64,000 bases of DNA from Octopus sinensis (Eukaryota). Of this stretch, positions 50,218-61,910 are shown piece by piece. The stretch lies in contig NC_043018.1 of assembly GCF_006345805.1 (NCBI RefSeq), forward strand, positions 17,236,001 through 17,300,000. Reading direction: 5' to 3'. A model generated the notes under the pieces. The model did no database searches. It saw nothing but the letters and a program-made list of their open reading frames with translations, and was not told the origin of the DNA. Each line of letters begins with the position of its first letter. Position 1 is the first letter of the stretch. The position numbers and the translations under genes are program-made.

Positions 50218-51326
50218 TATATATTATGTGTTTGTGCGTGTGTATGTGAGTGTGTGTAGGTAGGCTAAAATATTACCGCGTTTCCGTTAATGTTATTTTA
50301 ATGCAATGAACATCCATGTACTTTGTATGTGTTTGTTTTCTTCAATAATAACGCCATCACCGGGTGTTTTTGGAAATATGTATGTGTGTGTGTGTATGTG
50401 TGTGTCTGTGTGTGGGTGGGTGGGATTGTACTGGAGTGTTTTTGTGTGTAAATGTGTGAATTCATATATTTGTGTTTGCTGGTACGGATGTGTATGTATA
50501 TATTTATGTGAAAAGCAATATAGAGAGACATATGAATCAATTGAAGGAGAAATAGATTGAAAGGCAGTCTGAGAGAGGGAGAGAGAGAGAGAGAGAGGAG
50601 AGGGAGAGAGAGACACAGACAGGCACACAAACACACGCACACACACAGATCAGGGGTAGGTGAATGAATATATTGATTGCACTCAAATGTTCAATAATGT
50701 TGAAAGAGCTAATACCGGGAATTCACTACATCACAGAACTGATTGCCAAACTAGAAAGTATGAGGAAACTCATAAAATTGATAGTTGATTTTGCTACAAA
50801 GTAAACGATAGCATAACCAATAACATATAACACCCAGGGTATTAGTCACGGAACTGGCTTCTAAATTCGATACGACAGAGATTTATACGTTTTAAGACAT
50901 GACATACTCAAATCATTGTATATATAGATTATGCAATGGAACCAACTTATTCAAATATAACCTACATTTAAATAGAAATGCAATAGAATAACGTCTCAGA
51001 AATCATGTCGTTTTTCGCTCTGGTCTTAAATTAATTACATGGAGAATTAACTTGCACGTAAACAACCAGTTTTAATTATAGCGATAAGGGCAATTTACAA
51101 ATTTCCGTACAGCAACGGACTAAATAACAGTAATTGATTTGAAACGTCAACAGCAAATGTTGATGTGCAACTGTGACACTAAAACAAACGTTTGCACTCT
51201 CGTAAGTAAAGTCGGCCACAGAACCCAAACTGGTTTCATTTCGACATTAAATGCCGAATTCGTTCAAATCAGTAAATAGTCAACGATGGGTAGAGAAACT
51301 ATGTTCTGATACATACAGTGGTTAGA

Positions 51327-51710
51327 GTGGAGGCGCAATGGCCCAGTGGTTAGGGCAGCGGACTCACGGACATAGGATCGCTGTTTCGATTCCCAGACCG
51401 GGCGTTGTGAGTGTTTATTGAGCGAAAACACCTAAAGCTCCACGACGCTCCGGCAGGGGATGGTGGTGATACCTGCTGTACTCCTTCACCACAACCTTCT
51501 CTCACTCTTACTTCCTGTTTCTGTTGTACCTCGTATTTCAAAGGGCCGGCCTTGTCACTCTCTGTGTCACGCTGAATATCCCCGAGAACTACGTTAAGGG
51601 TACACGTGTCTGTGGAGTGCTCAGCCACTTACACGTTAATTTCACGAGCAGGCTGTTCTGTTGATCCAGATCAACCGGAACCCTCGTCGTCGTAACCGAC
51701 GGAGTGCTTC
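51327..51710 (+). mobile_element. Full-length tRNA-SINE (family C)
   Basis: A box TGGCCCAGTGG, B box GTTTCGATTCC; 13-bp TSD TACAGTGG(T/C)TAGA at 51314-51326 / 51711-51723. Confidence 0.9.
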
Positions 51711-51873
51711 TACAGTGGCTAGATATAAAATACTGGGTCATCCAATAAATAATGCAAATGCGCAAATGTGATTATAATATCAGCATTTAAACTTATATGA
51801 AATATATACGCAGTATAGATATTTTCAAGTGCGCGTACGAAACATTTATATAGAGCATTCTTACAAAAGTAAT

Positions 51874-52445
51874 AAGAGGTCGAGCTGGCAGAAACGTTAG
51901 CACGCCGGGCGAAATGCTTAGCGGTATTTCGTCTGCCGTTACGTTCTGAGTTCAAATTCCGCCGAGGTCGACTTTGCTTTTCATCCTTTCGGGGTCTATA
52001 AATTAATTACCAGTTACGAACTGGGGTCGATATAATCGACTTAATCCGTTTGTCTGTCCTTGTTTGTCCCCTCCGTGTTTAGCCCCTTGTGGGCAGTAAA
52101 GAAATAGGTATTTCGTCTGCCGTTACGTTCTGAGTTCAAATTCCGCCGAGGACGGCGTTGCTTTTCATCCTTTCGGGGTCTATAAATTAATTACCAGTTA
52201 CGCACCGGGTTCGATATAATCGGCTTAATCCGTTTGTCTGTCCTTGTTTGTCCCTTCTATGTTTAGTCCCTTGTGGGTAGTAAAGAAATAGGCATTTTTT
52301 TCTGTCTTTATGTTCTGAGTTCAAATTCCATCATGGTTGTCTTTGCTTTTTTATCCTTTTGGTGTCGATAAACTAAGCAACAGTCGATCGTATTGTCTGG
52401 CCCCCTCTCCCAAAATTTGGACCCTGTACCTAGAGTAGAAAAGAT
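51874..52445 (+). mobile_element. Head-to-tail trimer of family B SINE units (51874-52106, 52107-52290, 52291-52445)
   Basis: Units 2 and 3 start at the internal GG(T/C)ATTT site directly after the GAAATA 3' end. Confidence 0.85.
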
Positions 52446-53318
52446 TCTTATAAAAGCAATATCCATCTACCTATAGAAGTATAGAATTTTAGAACTGCAG
52501 AATATTTTGCTCGATCGGGTGGCTTAAGTTTGCAGTTAAACATCGTACCAAGTTGTATTCGATCATGCTGATTATTAGATTTCAATAGATTTGTGTTATT
52601 ATTTACATTGTTGATTCTAGGTGGTGTACGAATGTATGTTTGTGTGCGTGTGTGTATGTGTGTTTGTATAAAGCCACAAACGTGTTTGCTCTTATACGCA
52701 GTCATATCTACACTTGCATATTGACACAAATACATATTTATACCATTATGTACTTACATATATATGTGCTACGTAACTTATTTCGTTTTCCCCTTTTTGG
52801 TACGAGAATGAAAATAGAATTTCTCTTGACATATTTTGATGCGAGGAACACGAATCAGTTATGCATATATTAGGCACGAATGAATTATGCACGAATCAAT
52901 AATGCAGGTAGGAGTCGAAATGTTATTTCAGTGACTAAATAATTCAGACGCACACTGAAAATGGAGGACTTTAACTAATTCAGTTCAATATCGATGTACG
53001 GAATATAACGGCCATGTAAGAGTTAATTGTATGTAATTATATATTGTGAATAAATAATGTTATTGAATACTTAATACTTGTCCCATCATTAATTCATTGT
53101 GATGCATTAGCCAGTCTTGTATTCGATGGGAAAGATTATTTGTTGCTGATCAGTACAATACAACATTGAAAAATGTCTGAATTTATCTCCTGAGTTAAGC
53201 AGACATATAATGTGAATAGAATGTTATTTGTATGAGAATATCATTTCCTATCAACTGAGTTTTATTATTTTAGTTAATACATTTAATGGTCTTTTTATTA
53301 ATCAAATGCACAGCAATG

Positions 53319-53439
53319 ACTTACGGCCATATCACGTTGAAAGCACCGGTTCTCGTCCGATCACCACAGGTAAGCAACATCGAGCCTAGTTAGTACTTAG
53401 ATGGGTGACCGTTTGGGAAACCTAGGTGCTGTAAGCATT
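53319..53439 (+). pseudogene. Full-length 5S rRNA-derived sequence (about 120 nt)
   Basis: ACTTACGGCCATATCACGTTGAAAGCACCGGTTCTCGTCCGATCACC..GTAAGCAAC..CGAGCC.AGTTAGTACTTAGATGGGTGACCG..TGGGAA...GGTGCTGTAAGCATT is an unmistakable metazoan 5S, with some substitutions and no oligo-T terminator. Confidence 0.9.
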
Positions 53440-53508
53440 CCATTCCTCTTTAAATGGCGGTGCCCCAGCATGGCCACAGCTCATGAGCTGAAACTAGAAT
53501 CAATCAAT
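53319..53508 (+). mobile_element. Putative 5S-headed SINE (SINE3-like) with the family A 3' tail
   Basis: 5S is followed after about 11 nt by TAAATGGCGGTGCCCCAGCATGGCCACAGCTCATGAGCTGAAAC and AATCAATCAAT; a possible short CAATG TSD lies at 53314-53318 / 53505-53509. Confidence 0.7.
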
Positions 53509-53639
53509 GCTCTTGTATGCTTGCATACCTCTGTCATTCAAACAAAATAATTCTTAGAAAGAACGTCATATGACTGGTTCGTTGCCAGTCATCTTCATAT
53601 CGAATTCTGTGCACCAGGAAAGTATACGAGAGGAGCAAG

Positions 53640-53826
53640 ACGTATAAGCTCAGTGACTACCATATCAATAAAACAAATATAAATCTTGTTGCATACGTAA
53701 TGTTGTGAATAATATGCGAAAGATGTGGGAATCACCACATCGGTAACACATTCCGGAAACTTCACATCAGGCTTAAGGATCACACATCTGCGCTTATTCG
53801 AGTAAGAAAACATACAATGATTGGAG
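53640..53826 (+). mobile_element. Degenerate PLE GIY-YIG fragment
   Basis: INLVAYVML*IICERCGNHHIGNTFRKLHIRLKDHTSALIRVRKHTMIG resembles NVVY.I.C.RC.K.YIGET.R.L..R..EH. Confidence 0.55.
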
Positions 53827-53860
53827 TAGGTATATCCTTTCAATATACATGCCTATTTCG

Positions 53861-54090
53861 AAGGCGGTGGGCTGGCAGAAACGTTAGCACGCCGGGCGAA
53901 ATGCTTAGCGGTATTACGTCTGCGTTACGTTGTGAGTTCAAATTCCGCCGAGGTCGACTTTGCCTTTCATCCTTTCGGGGTCGATAAATTAAGTACCAGT
54001 TACGCACTGGGGTCGGTGTAATCGACTTAATACCTATGTCTGTCCTTGTTTGTCCCCTCTGTGTTTAGCCCCTTGTGGGTAATAATGAAA
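53861..54090 (+). mobile_element. Full-length family B (Nin-domain) tRNA-SINE
   Basis: Nin core GTCGACTTTGCCTTTCATCCTTTCGGGGTCGATAAATTAAGTACCAG; perfect 17-bp direct repeat TAGGTATATCCTTTCAA at 53827-53843 / 54091-54107. Confidence 0.92.
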
Positions 54091-55262
54091 TAGGTATATC
54101 CTTTCAACTGAGACAATGGCAGGTTCAGAATGTAGACTATTCTTATTAATCAAGAGAAATTGGAAATGAAGACGGGACCGAACTGAATACCACAGATCTG
54201 CATTTCTAACTTCTTTGATTTACTTATCATTCAGCTCTTAACATTCCTATTTATTTCTCACAAAGATTTACCACACAGCTGCAACATATTTTTACGAAAT
54301 ATCATATCTATTGACGAATATTATATAAAAATTCTACTATTGTTCAGCGACACTTCTAGTCACCTCTTTCGCAACAGTATTAAGGTATCATGTCACGTTG
54401 TGTAATAATTCTCCTGTTTACATACCGTACTACCTGCTGCTTCTGATAGCATCTAACTCAGCCAATTACAATTCCTAAAATGGAAATATAAGCAATGATG
54501 TAGTCACAGCACACCAGAATGATCTGCCGATAAAATTTCTGATTTTTCTGTCTCCAATTACAAATAAGGGAATATTTTTCTAAATGTTTATAGTCATTTC
54601 ACGCATTGACATTAATTTTCGCATGTTTAATAAAACTTAACGTGTATTGCACAAAGATCGTTGCAAATATTTGTCATTAAAAAAAATTCAACGCTTCAAT
54701 GAATTTATAATATACTTCTAAATATTCATATATTGTAGAAATACCTATAAAACAATTTCTTAACATTCGATATCACTTTACATAATCAGAATCTAAGAAA
54801 GTTCATTACATTGCTCTCAATGCCATCGTTATAGTAAATGAATTATGAAAGTATTATGAATGTGTCACAAATGCCCCGTCGGCGAGCTGCCAGCGTTTGC
54901 TAATTTTGAATATATGCTGTTTAACCTTTATCATATAAATGTGTTTCTAAATTTAATATCAATTGATTAATATGAATTTAAATCCAGAGGTCTTGCATGT
55001 TTAAAAATCTGAAGTTTCAAAAAATATATGTATTACATACATATAAAAAGGATGATCTGTAAGTGGTCATCTATTATGCTAGAAGAAGATCCTCTATGGA
55101 TTTTTACCCAGTACATTTATATATGTATATTGTACACAGTATAAAGATGTGATCTACTAGACACGACTCTCCAAAAGTGAACTTTTACTGATATCCATCT
55201 CTCACTGGATGGAGTATTTCCATTCTCTATCTTACCTTGAAGGAACAGTAAACAACGAATAC

Positions 55263-55319
<57 letters not shown>

Positions 55320-55334
55320 GGGGCGGAAATATAA

Positions 55335-55510
55335 AAAAAACAAAAGACGAAGACAGGGCGTGTAGACAACAAACTTATGTATTAGTATAACGCTCTGGAA
55401 GTGAAAAAGTCTTTAACATTTCGAGTCTACGCTCTTCCACAGAGAGGAACACAGAAAGAAGCAGGACGAGAAAATAAAGAATGTGTAGTGTCTAGCGATC
55501 TATCATGGAG
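55335..55510 (-). mobile_element. Short PLE-end-like repeat (family H2), hammerhead variant CUGUGGA
   Basis: The minus strand at 55411-55443 reads CTGTGGA-A-GAGC-GTAG-ACTC-GAAATGT-T-AAAG; homologous to 5438-5503. Confidence 0.65.
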
Positions 55511-55593
55511 AATGTTATATATATATATATATATATATATATGTAAATGTATGTATGTATGTATATGTGTGTGTTTGCGTGCACATGCGTGTT

Positions 55594-55627
<34 letters not shown>

Positions 55628-55631
<4 letters not shown>

Positions 55632-55811
55632 ATCCAAACAAGAAAACACAAAAAAACACAGCAACGCGAAGACGTGGAACAAATAAAGTATTATTGGACG
55701 CTCAGGAAAGAAGGGAAGGAGGGTTTAACGTTTCGAGCGGAGCTCTTCGTCGGAATCAAAGGAGAAGGAAAGATCCCGAGAAGGGAAGACTGAGGAAAAA
55801 AATTGCTGGCC
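55628..55811 (-). mobile_element. Short PLE-end-like repeat (family H1), hammerhead variant CCGACGA
   Basis: The minus strand at 55723-55756 reads CCGACGA-A-GAGC-TCC-GCTC-GAAACGT-T-AAAC; homologous to 930-1127. Confidence 0.75.
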
Positions 55812-57024
55812 ATATATATATATATATATGCATTTCAATTAGAAAGTGAGAGATGGAGTAATGACAATATGAAAAAAATAAAACGTATTCAAAGTATAAA
55901 CAATGAAATTAATCGTGCTGTTTTGAACTCAATATTTCATTCTGATTACGTATCCATGCTTAATGAAATTTTTTAATGACAGCAGTTATATATTTGTTTG
56001 TCGGGGCCAGTATATTAACAATAATAGTAGTAATGATGTGAAAAATATCGTTAACGACGATGGTAAAGCCGAATTAAAAATAAAATGCAAATATAATTCG
56101 ATGTGTATAAATAAATATAACTCGGGTATATGGCTGTGTATACACGCACACACACACACACATACAAACACACACACGCACACACACACATACGTAAACA
56201 CACAATATAATATTGGAGATAAATTTGGAATTAATATATTTGTTTAGATCATAACTATTACACCCAAAAACTCGTCTAGACATATTCGATTAACATTTAG
56301 TCATAATTAATGTGAGGTTCTTTGTAACAAACCCTGTTAGGCTATGATACGGAATATCATAAATAGCAGAAGGATATATTGAGTGAACATTTTGTAATAA
56401 TTCTTACAATACTATTGCTTATGGGATATATGTTCAGTCACTGTTGAGATATATCATTTACGGTGCTGTAACTGAACATAAATACTGCTTATTGGGCTAT
56501 CAGATCAGCAGACGTAGCCCTATTGATAGCGTCTACTCAAAGCGTTAACCACAAAAAATTGGTAAACAGATGTCTTTTTTAAATGGTCCGGCTGGGTTAG
56601 TGTTGGTTCAAGAATTTTGTTGTCTGAAGCTGTTGGCTTCTAACCGATCAAAGTAACCGGCCAGTTTTCAATCTCCCATCAGAGAGCTCTCTATTCAGAA
56701 CTTAGAAGGTTATCAGTATGTATTGAACGTTTTAAGATTATTTGAGAAGATTTATATCCCAAAAGTATTCCAATAACCGAAGGATTTGACGTTAGTGAAT
56801 TTGTCCCTCATTTAACTAAGGTAACCTAATGTAAATAAACGACTACTGATTTGGAAGTACAGCACATTTCCGGAGATGTTAGCTTGCTTTAGAACAACTT
56901 TGATACCGGTAATACAGTGGGAGACAGCTTCCAAGTTTGAAGTAGTAGTTTTCCACCGGGATATACCTCCAAATATTAACTTCGCGTAAATCAAAATGAT
57001 TTAAATATTTATTCATTGCCACCA

Positions 57025-57480
57025 TCATAAGTATTATCAATATTATCATTGCTTTTGCACAAGTTCTAGAGCTGGAGATGTAGTACAGTGTCAGCTGTTC
57101 ACTACCAGTGAACTAAGGTAACGCCTCTTATTTTTCGAGCACCTTCTGGAGTATTCGAGCGGTTCCAAACAGTTCTGTTTTCTGCAAGTACTCCACCCTT
57201 ATTGCAGGCCCTATTTGTTCCAAGTGTCTCTCGAGATTTTTGCACACTGTTGCCAGGGCTCCGACAATTATTGGTACTACTGCTACCTTTTTCATCGAGC
57301 ACACCTGCTTAATTTCCCAAGCTAACCTGTCATAACTTTTTTTTATTCCTTATCGCATACCTTGCTGTTAGCTGGGCATGTTATACCTATGATCCAGCAT
57401 AGTTTGTTTTCTTTCTCAATGAAGACTATGTATGGCTTTTTATTCTCTATCTGATTGTCGCACTGGGGATAATGGCAGAC
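57025..57480 (-). mobile_element. R4/Dong-like REL-domain C-terminal fragment (second subfamily)
   Basis: The minus strand gives QCDNQIENKKPYIVFIEKENKLCWIIGITCPANSKVCDKE...YDRLAWEIKQVCSMKKVAVVPIIVGALATV...LQKTELFGTARILQKVLEK* (stop at 57128-57130), followed by a 3' UTR and an ATA-rich tail. Confidence 0.85.
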
Positions 57481-58530
57481 TCTAAAATCTCGATGGCCCT
57501 AGAATACAAATAAAAACTGTGTAATACACTAGAAATATATTCTATAAAGAATTGCAATTCAAAGGAAAGGCGTCATATTGCATTCGTAGAGAGGCAGGCG
57601 TACTCTTTATATCTGGTCATTTATCGGGAACCATTTCTAGCATTTCGACAGAAATAATAGCATAAAAAATCAATGGTAACGAACAGGGCAATTTTAGAGA
57701 GTAGATCAGTCAACAACTGTGAGTAATTTTATCCCAATTTACAGATATACAACGGAGTAAATTCGGATTATCTTGCATGGAGCACCAGCTATGAAATGCG
57801 TTTCAGTGGGTTTCCTCAACCGGAGTTGTATTTTATCTCAAAACCACATATCCCATAACAGCGATAAAGAGAGAGAATTAACTCTATTTATGAACAAAGC
57901 AATTGACTGATATTGCAAATTTACAACTGTACTGGAAGGATTCAATAGCATTTGCTTTACATTCGTTCTTTGTATTCAGATACGGCTGCATTCCAGTGTC
58001 CTTACACAAGAAGACACTAATGATATATTACGGAGAAAACTAATAAACTGGACAATGATTACCTACAATGTTTTCAATATTGTTCATCATTTTAAAAAAA
58101 AGAGCTAACTGGCAATCGACTATATCGAAATGTGTATCGCTACACATATTTACATATATTGATGTGTGAGTGTATATAGATGTATACGTATGCGTTTACA
58201 CAAACACACGCACACACATCGAAAGCTAGATTGATATAGTGACAGATGCATTGCATATACTCATTATGTACTAACTATACACCTGTTATATACTTGCTGT
58301 ACAAAACCTTGTAGATACACATTTCTGCCACAATAATAGTGTACGATATTTAGCAACGAATCAACCCTCATGAAGTAGGCCTACAATGAAATGTCTTTTC
58401 GCTTTAACATCATCTTTTATTCTATGGATATTAAATCGGATTACATTAATCCATATCCGCCTGATGTTTAGAATACAGTAGTGTGTAATTTGAAGGAGAC
58501 TTGAGTGCTCATCAGCGTATATTGATGAGT

Positions 58531-58915
58531 GTGGAGGCGCAGTGGTTAGGGCAGCGGACTCGCGGTCGTAGGATCGCGGTTTCGATTACCAGACCGGGCG
58601 TTGTGAGTGTTTATTGAGCGAAAACACCTAAAAGCACCACGAGGCTCCGGCAGGGGATGGTGGTGATCCCTGCTGTACTCTTTCACCACAACTTTCTCTC
58701 ACTCTTACTTCCTGTTTCTGTTGTACCTGTATTTCAAGGGGCCGGCCTTGTCACTCTCTGTGTCACGATGAATATCCCCGAGAACTACGTTAAGGGTGCA
58801 CGTGTCTGTGGAGTGCTCAGCCACTTGCACGTTAATTTCACGAGCAGGCTGTTCCGTTGATTCGGATCAACCGGAACCCTCATCGTCGTAACCGACGGAG
58901 TGCTAAAGAAGAAGA
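58531..58915 (+). mobile_element. Full-length family C tRNA-SINE with (AAG)n tail
   Basis: Homologous to 51327-51710; 12-bp TSD ATATTGATG(A/G)GT at 58519-58530 / 58916-58927. Confidence 0.9.
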
Positions 58916-59009
58916 ATATTGATGGGTATCTGGAAGATGGCTGTTAGTTAAGCTATTATCACAGATATCTAGGGCCGTGGGATGGTAAAATAGTTTGTAC
59001 ACGGAGACT

Positions 59010-59165
59010 AGTGCTTAGCGGGTATTTTGACCGTCTTTAAGGATCTGAGATCAAAGTGCCCCGAGGTCTACTTTAACTTTCAGCCTTGCAGGTTTGATAA
59101 AATACGAACCGAATTGGGTTCGATTTAATCGACGCACATCTTCCCGCGAAATTGCTAGCCTTCTA
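59010..59165 (+). mobile_element. Highly degenerate family B-related SINE
   Basis: GTGCTTAGCGGGTATTT...CCGAGGTCTACTTT..CTTTCA.CCTT...TTTGATAAAATA...TTCGATTTAATCGAC. Confidence 0.55.
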
Positions 59166-59664
59166 CCAAAATTATTAATGATATATACATTGTATATACA
59201 TTGTATATACAGAGTATATACATTGTATATCCTTCCAATATTCTCTAGAATAATTATATTCCATATTTCCTTTTATTCAAAATTTTCATTAGCTTTCATT
59301 ATATTCCACATCAATACTCAGAATGGAATACCTTTTGTTAGAATAACACAGGTAATATTTAAGAGATTTCTTTTAAGATGGAACAAGGCTGCTGCCATTT
59401 AAACTCAACATATGACAGTATTCCGTTAACAGTGAAAATTCTCCACACATAGTATTTCATGGAAATTGTCGCAATATATTATAACACTGCCATCCTCAAG
59501 ATAGATATATTTAAATCATAAGTCAAACTGAAAATTAAATTGGAAATATCTTCAATGATGTCTACATTTCTCCCTCAAGGGAAATTTTTGTCATACAATT
59601 TATGAGACAGTCATCAATAATTCATTCTGCATGTGTGTATTTGCAGTTATACATACATATAAAT

Positions 59665-59666
59665 TT

Positions 59667-59746
<80 letters not shown>

Positions 59747-59850
59747 ACTAATCTAATCTAACTGTCTATCTATGTATCATCTAATCTATCTACTTATCAG
59801 TCTATCTACTTATCAATTTATCTATATATATATGCACACACACTCACACA

Positions 59851-59891
<41 letters not shown>

Positions 59892-59915
59892 CACGCGCAC
59901 ACAAACACACGCTCA
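59665..59915. repeat. (TCTA)n followed by (CA)n
   Basis: Directly visible. Confidence 0.9.
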
Positions 59916-60030
59916 CACACACACAGTCACACACAAGCACACAAATTTTAATATACGTTACCGGAGTATCTATTTCAGCAACTGTTGGCATTCGTATTTC
60001 AATCTGTACACGCGTTTTATACTTTTAAAT

Positions 60031-60175
60031 TTTTACTTGTTTCAGCCAAAGAAATTAACCCCAGCATTTATTCTTTCTAAACCTGGCACACATTCTAATG
60101 GTGTCTTTTTGCCGAACCGTTAATTTACGGGGACATAAACACATAAACTCCGGTTGTCAAGCGGTGATGGGGGTC
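60031..60175 (-). mobile_element. 3' half of degenerate family A SINE
   Basis: TTTACTTGTTTCAG...TTTTGCCGAACCG.TAA.TTACGGGGAC.TAAACAC..CGGTTGTCAAGCG. Confidence 0.7.
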
Positions 60176-60176
60176 G

Positions 60177-60354
60177 GTAGTAGTATAGTGGTAGTAGTAG
60201 TAGTAGTAATAGTAGTAGTAGTAGTAGTAGTAGTGTAGTAGTAGTAGTAGTAGTAGTAGTTGTAGTAGTAGTGGTGGTGGTGGTATTAGTAATAGTATTA
60301 GTAGTAGTAGTTGTTGTGATAGTAGTAGTAGTTGTTGTTGTGATAGTAGTAGTA

Positions 60355-60425
<71 letters not shown>

Positions 60426-60464
60426 GGTGATGGTGGTAGTAGTAGTAGTGGTGGTGGTGGTGGC

Positions 60465-60512
<48 letters not shown>
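60177..60512. repeat. (GTA)n/(GTG)n trinucleotide array
   Basis: Directly visible. Confidence 0.95.
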
Positions 60513-60513
<1 letters not shown>

Positions 60514-61211
60514 AAGCAGACGCTACTACAATGCAGTCATTAACTAAAATGTCCATGAAATAAGAAGCGATGTAATCTATTCAGAAGAAACAACCGCAAT
60601 ATTTTAGAGGACAAAATAACCTATCAGTCATTAAAGAAAGAAGCATTTTGAAACGTTGATGAAGCACCAAATTTAGTAACAAATTTTGAAATGTCTTTTA
60701 ATATAACAACTCATAAAAATCAGAGTCAATTTTGAAAATGTTTGCCTAAATTATTATCGTAGAAAGCACGAAACAAATTCTTGATATTTCCTATCGCATG
60801 GCTATCCAGAAACTAATTAAAACAGCCAGTCGATTAATCTTTTATGGGCGTCACATGACTGTTTTCCGGAATCTCTGTTTCTCTTCACTGAAAAAAAGAA
60901 ACACAGGATTTATTCCAAATAGAATTGTGTAGTTGTTATTCTTTTTCCTTTATATTTCCTCATTTTATCGACGTCCATCTATTTTTTGCTATATTTATTT
61001 TTCTTTCCGTTTATTTTCTTTGATATTTCAACTTTTGCAATATATCATCTGAAACTTCTGATAAATCCGTGCTTTATCAAGAATTAACCTATTTCTTGAT
61101 ATTTGGGTAGTTCTTCGTATATACACTGGAATAATATTCGGTCCGTTTTTCCTCAGCGAATGAGGTTAGATGTCAAATCGTTTTTCAAATCATATCTCTT
61201 TTTAATTCCAG

Positions 61212-61241
61212 GTGGCATTCCAACCTAAATACTTGTGTCAG
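61212..61241 (+). other. Candidate 30-nt symmetric micro-exon
   Basis: Acceptor ATATCTCTTTTTAATTCCAG, donor CAG|GTAAGG; open in phase 0 (VAFQPKYLCQ) and phase 2 (WHSNLNTCV). Confidence 0.35.
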
Positions 61242-61575
61242 GTAAGGAGAACTGAATGTCCATTAGATTGAATGGATAAAAATTCTTAGTTGAGACTTCA
61301 TTGTGATGTTGATTCATGTTACATATCATTGAGAAAAATATCAAGATATTCTGTTCTCTCCTCTCTTAACTTCATTCTTGCAGTCGCGTGACCTAAGCAA
61401 AGCTATATAGTATTAAGTCTCTACTGTTCAGCTTAGAGACTTGGCCATGGAGAGAGAAAACAGTCAAACAGTACACCGCTGAGTACTGTTCTCAGAGAAT
61501 CTGACATTCTCAAATCTATCTTTAACAAAGTCGGTTCCAAACATGGTCTCCTCAAAAAACATTTTCTTAAATTCC

Positions 61576-61766
61576 TCTTCTACTGTAGCCTCGGGCTGAC
61601 CAAAGCTTTGTGAGTGAACATGGTAGACGGAAACTGAAAGAAGCCCGTTGTATATGTATATATGTGTGTGTGTATATATGTTTGTGCGTCTGTATTTGTC
61701 CCCCGGCATCGCTTGACAACCGATGCTGGTGTGTTTACATCCCCGTAACTTATCGGTTCGGCAAAA
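61576..61766 (+). mobile_element. Internal fragment of family A SINE
   Basis: TCTTCTACTGTAGCCTCGGGCTGACCAAAGC...GGAAACTGAAAGAAGCCCG (TA/TG)n ...GCTTGACAACCGATGCTGGTGTGTTTAC...GGTTCGGCAAAA. Confidence 0.85.
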
Positions 61767-61770
61767 TAGT

Positions 61771-61910
61771 CCTATTTCTTTACTACCCACAAGGGGCTAA
61801 ACACAGAGAGAACAAACAAGAACAGACAAAAGGATTAAGTCGATTATATCGACCCCAGTGCGTAACTGGTACTCATTTAATCGACCCCGAAAGAATGAAA
61901 GGCAAAGTCG
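61771..61910 (-). mobile_element. 5'-truncated family B SINE, tail-to-tail with the family A fragment
   Basis: CCTATTTCTTTACTACCCACAAGGGG...GACCCCGAAAGAATGAAAGGCAAAGTCG. Confidence 0.9.

Noticed and set aside
51874-52445. CRISPR-like or satellite array
   Set aside because: The units are SINE copies with no unique spacers, in a eukaryotic context
53319-53439. Functional 5S rRNA gene
   Set aside because: It is a single copy with substitutions in conserved positions (e.g. CCACAGGTAAGC), has no oligo-T terminator and is fused to a SINE tail; a derived copy is the better reading
56585-56665. Imperfect hairpin resembling a pre-miRNA
   Set aside because: Many bulges and a large loop; pairing is weak by eye
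60125-60556. Poly-L/P and poly-V ORFs
   Set aside because: They are a (GTA)n/(GTG)n microsatellite
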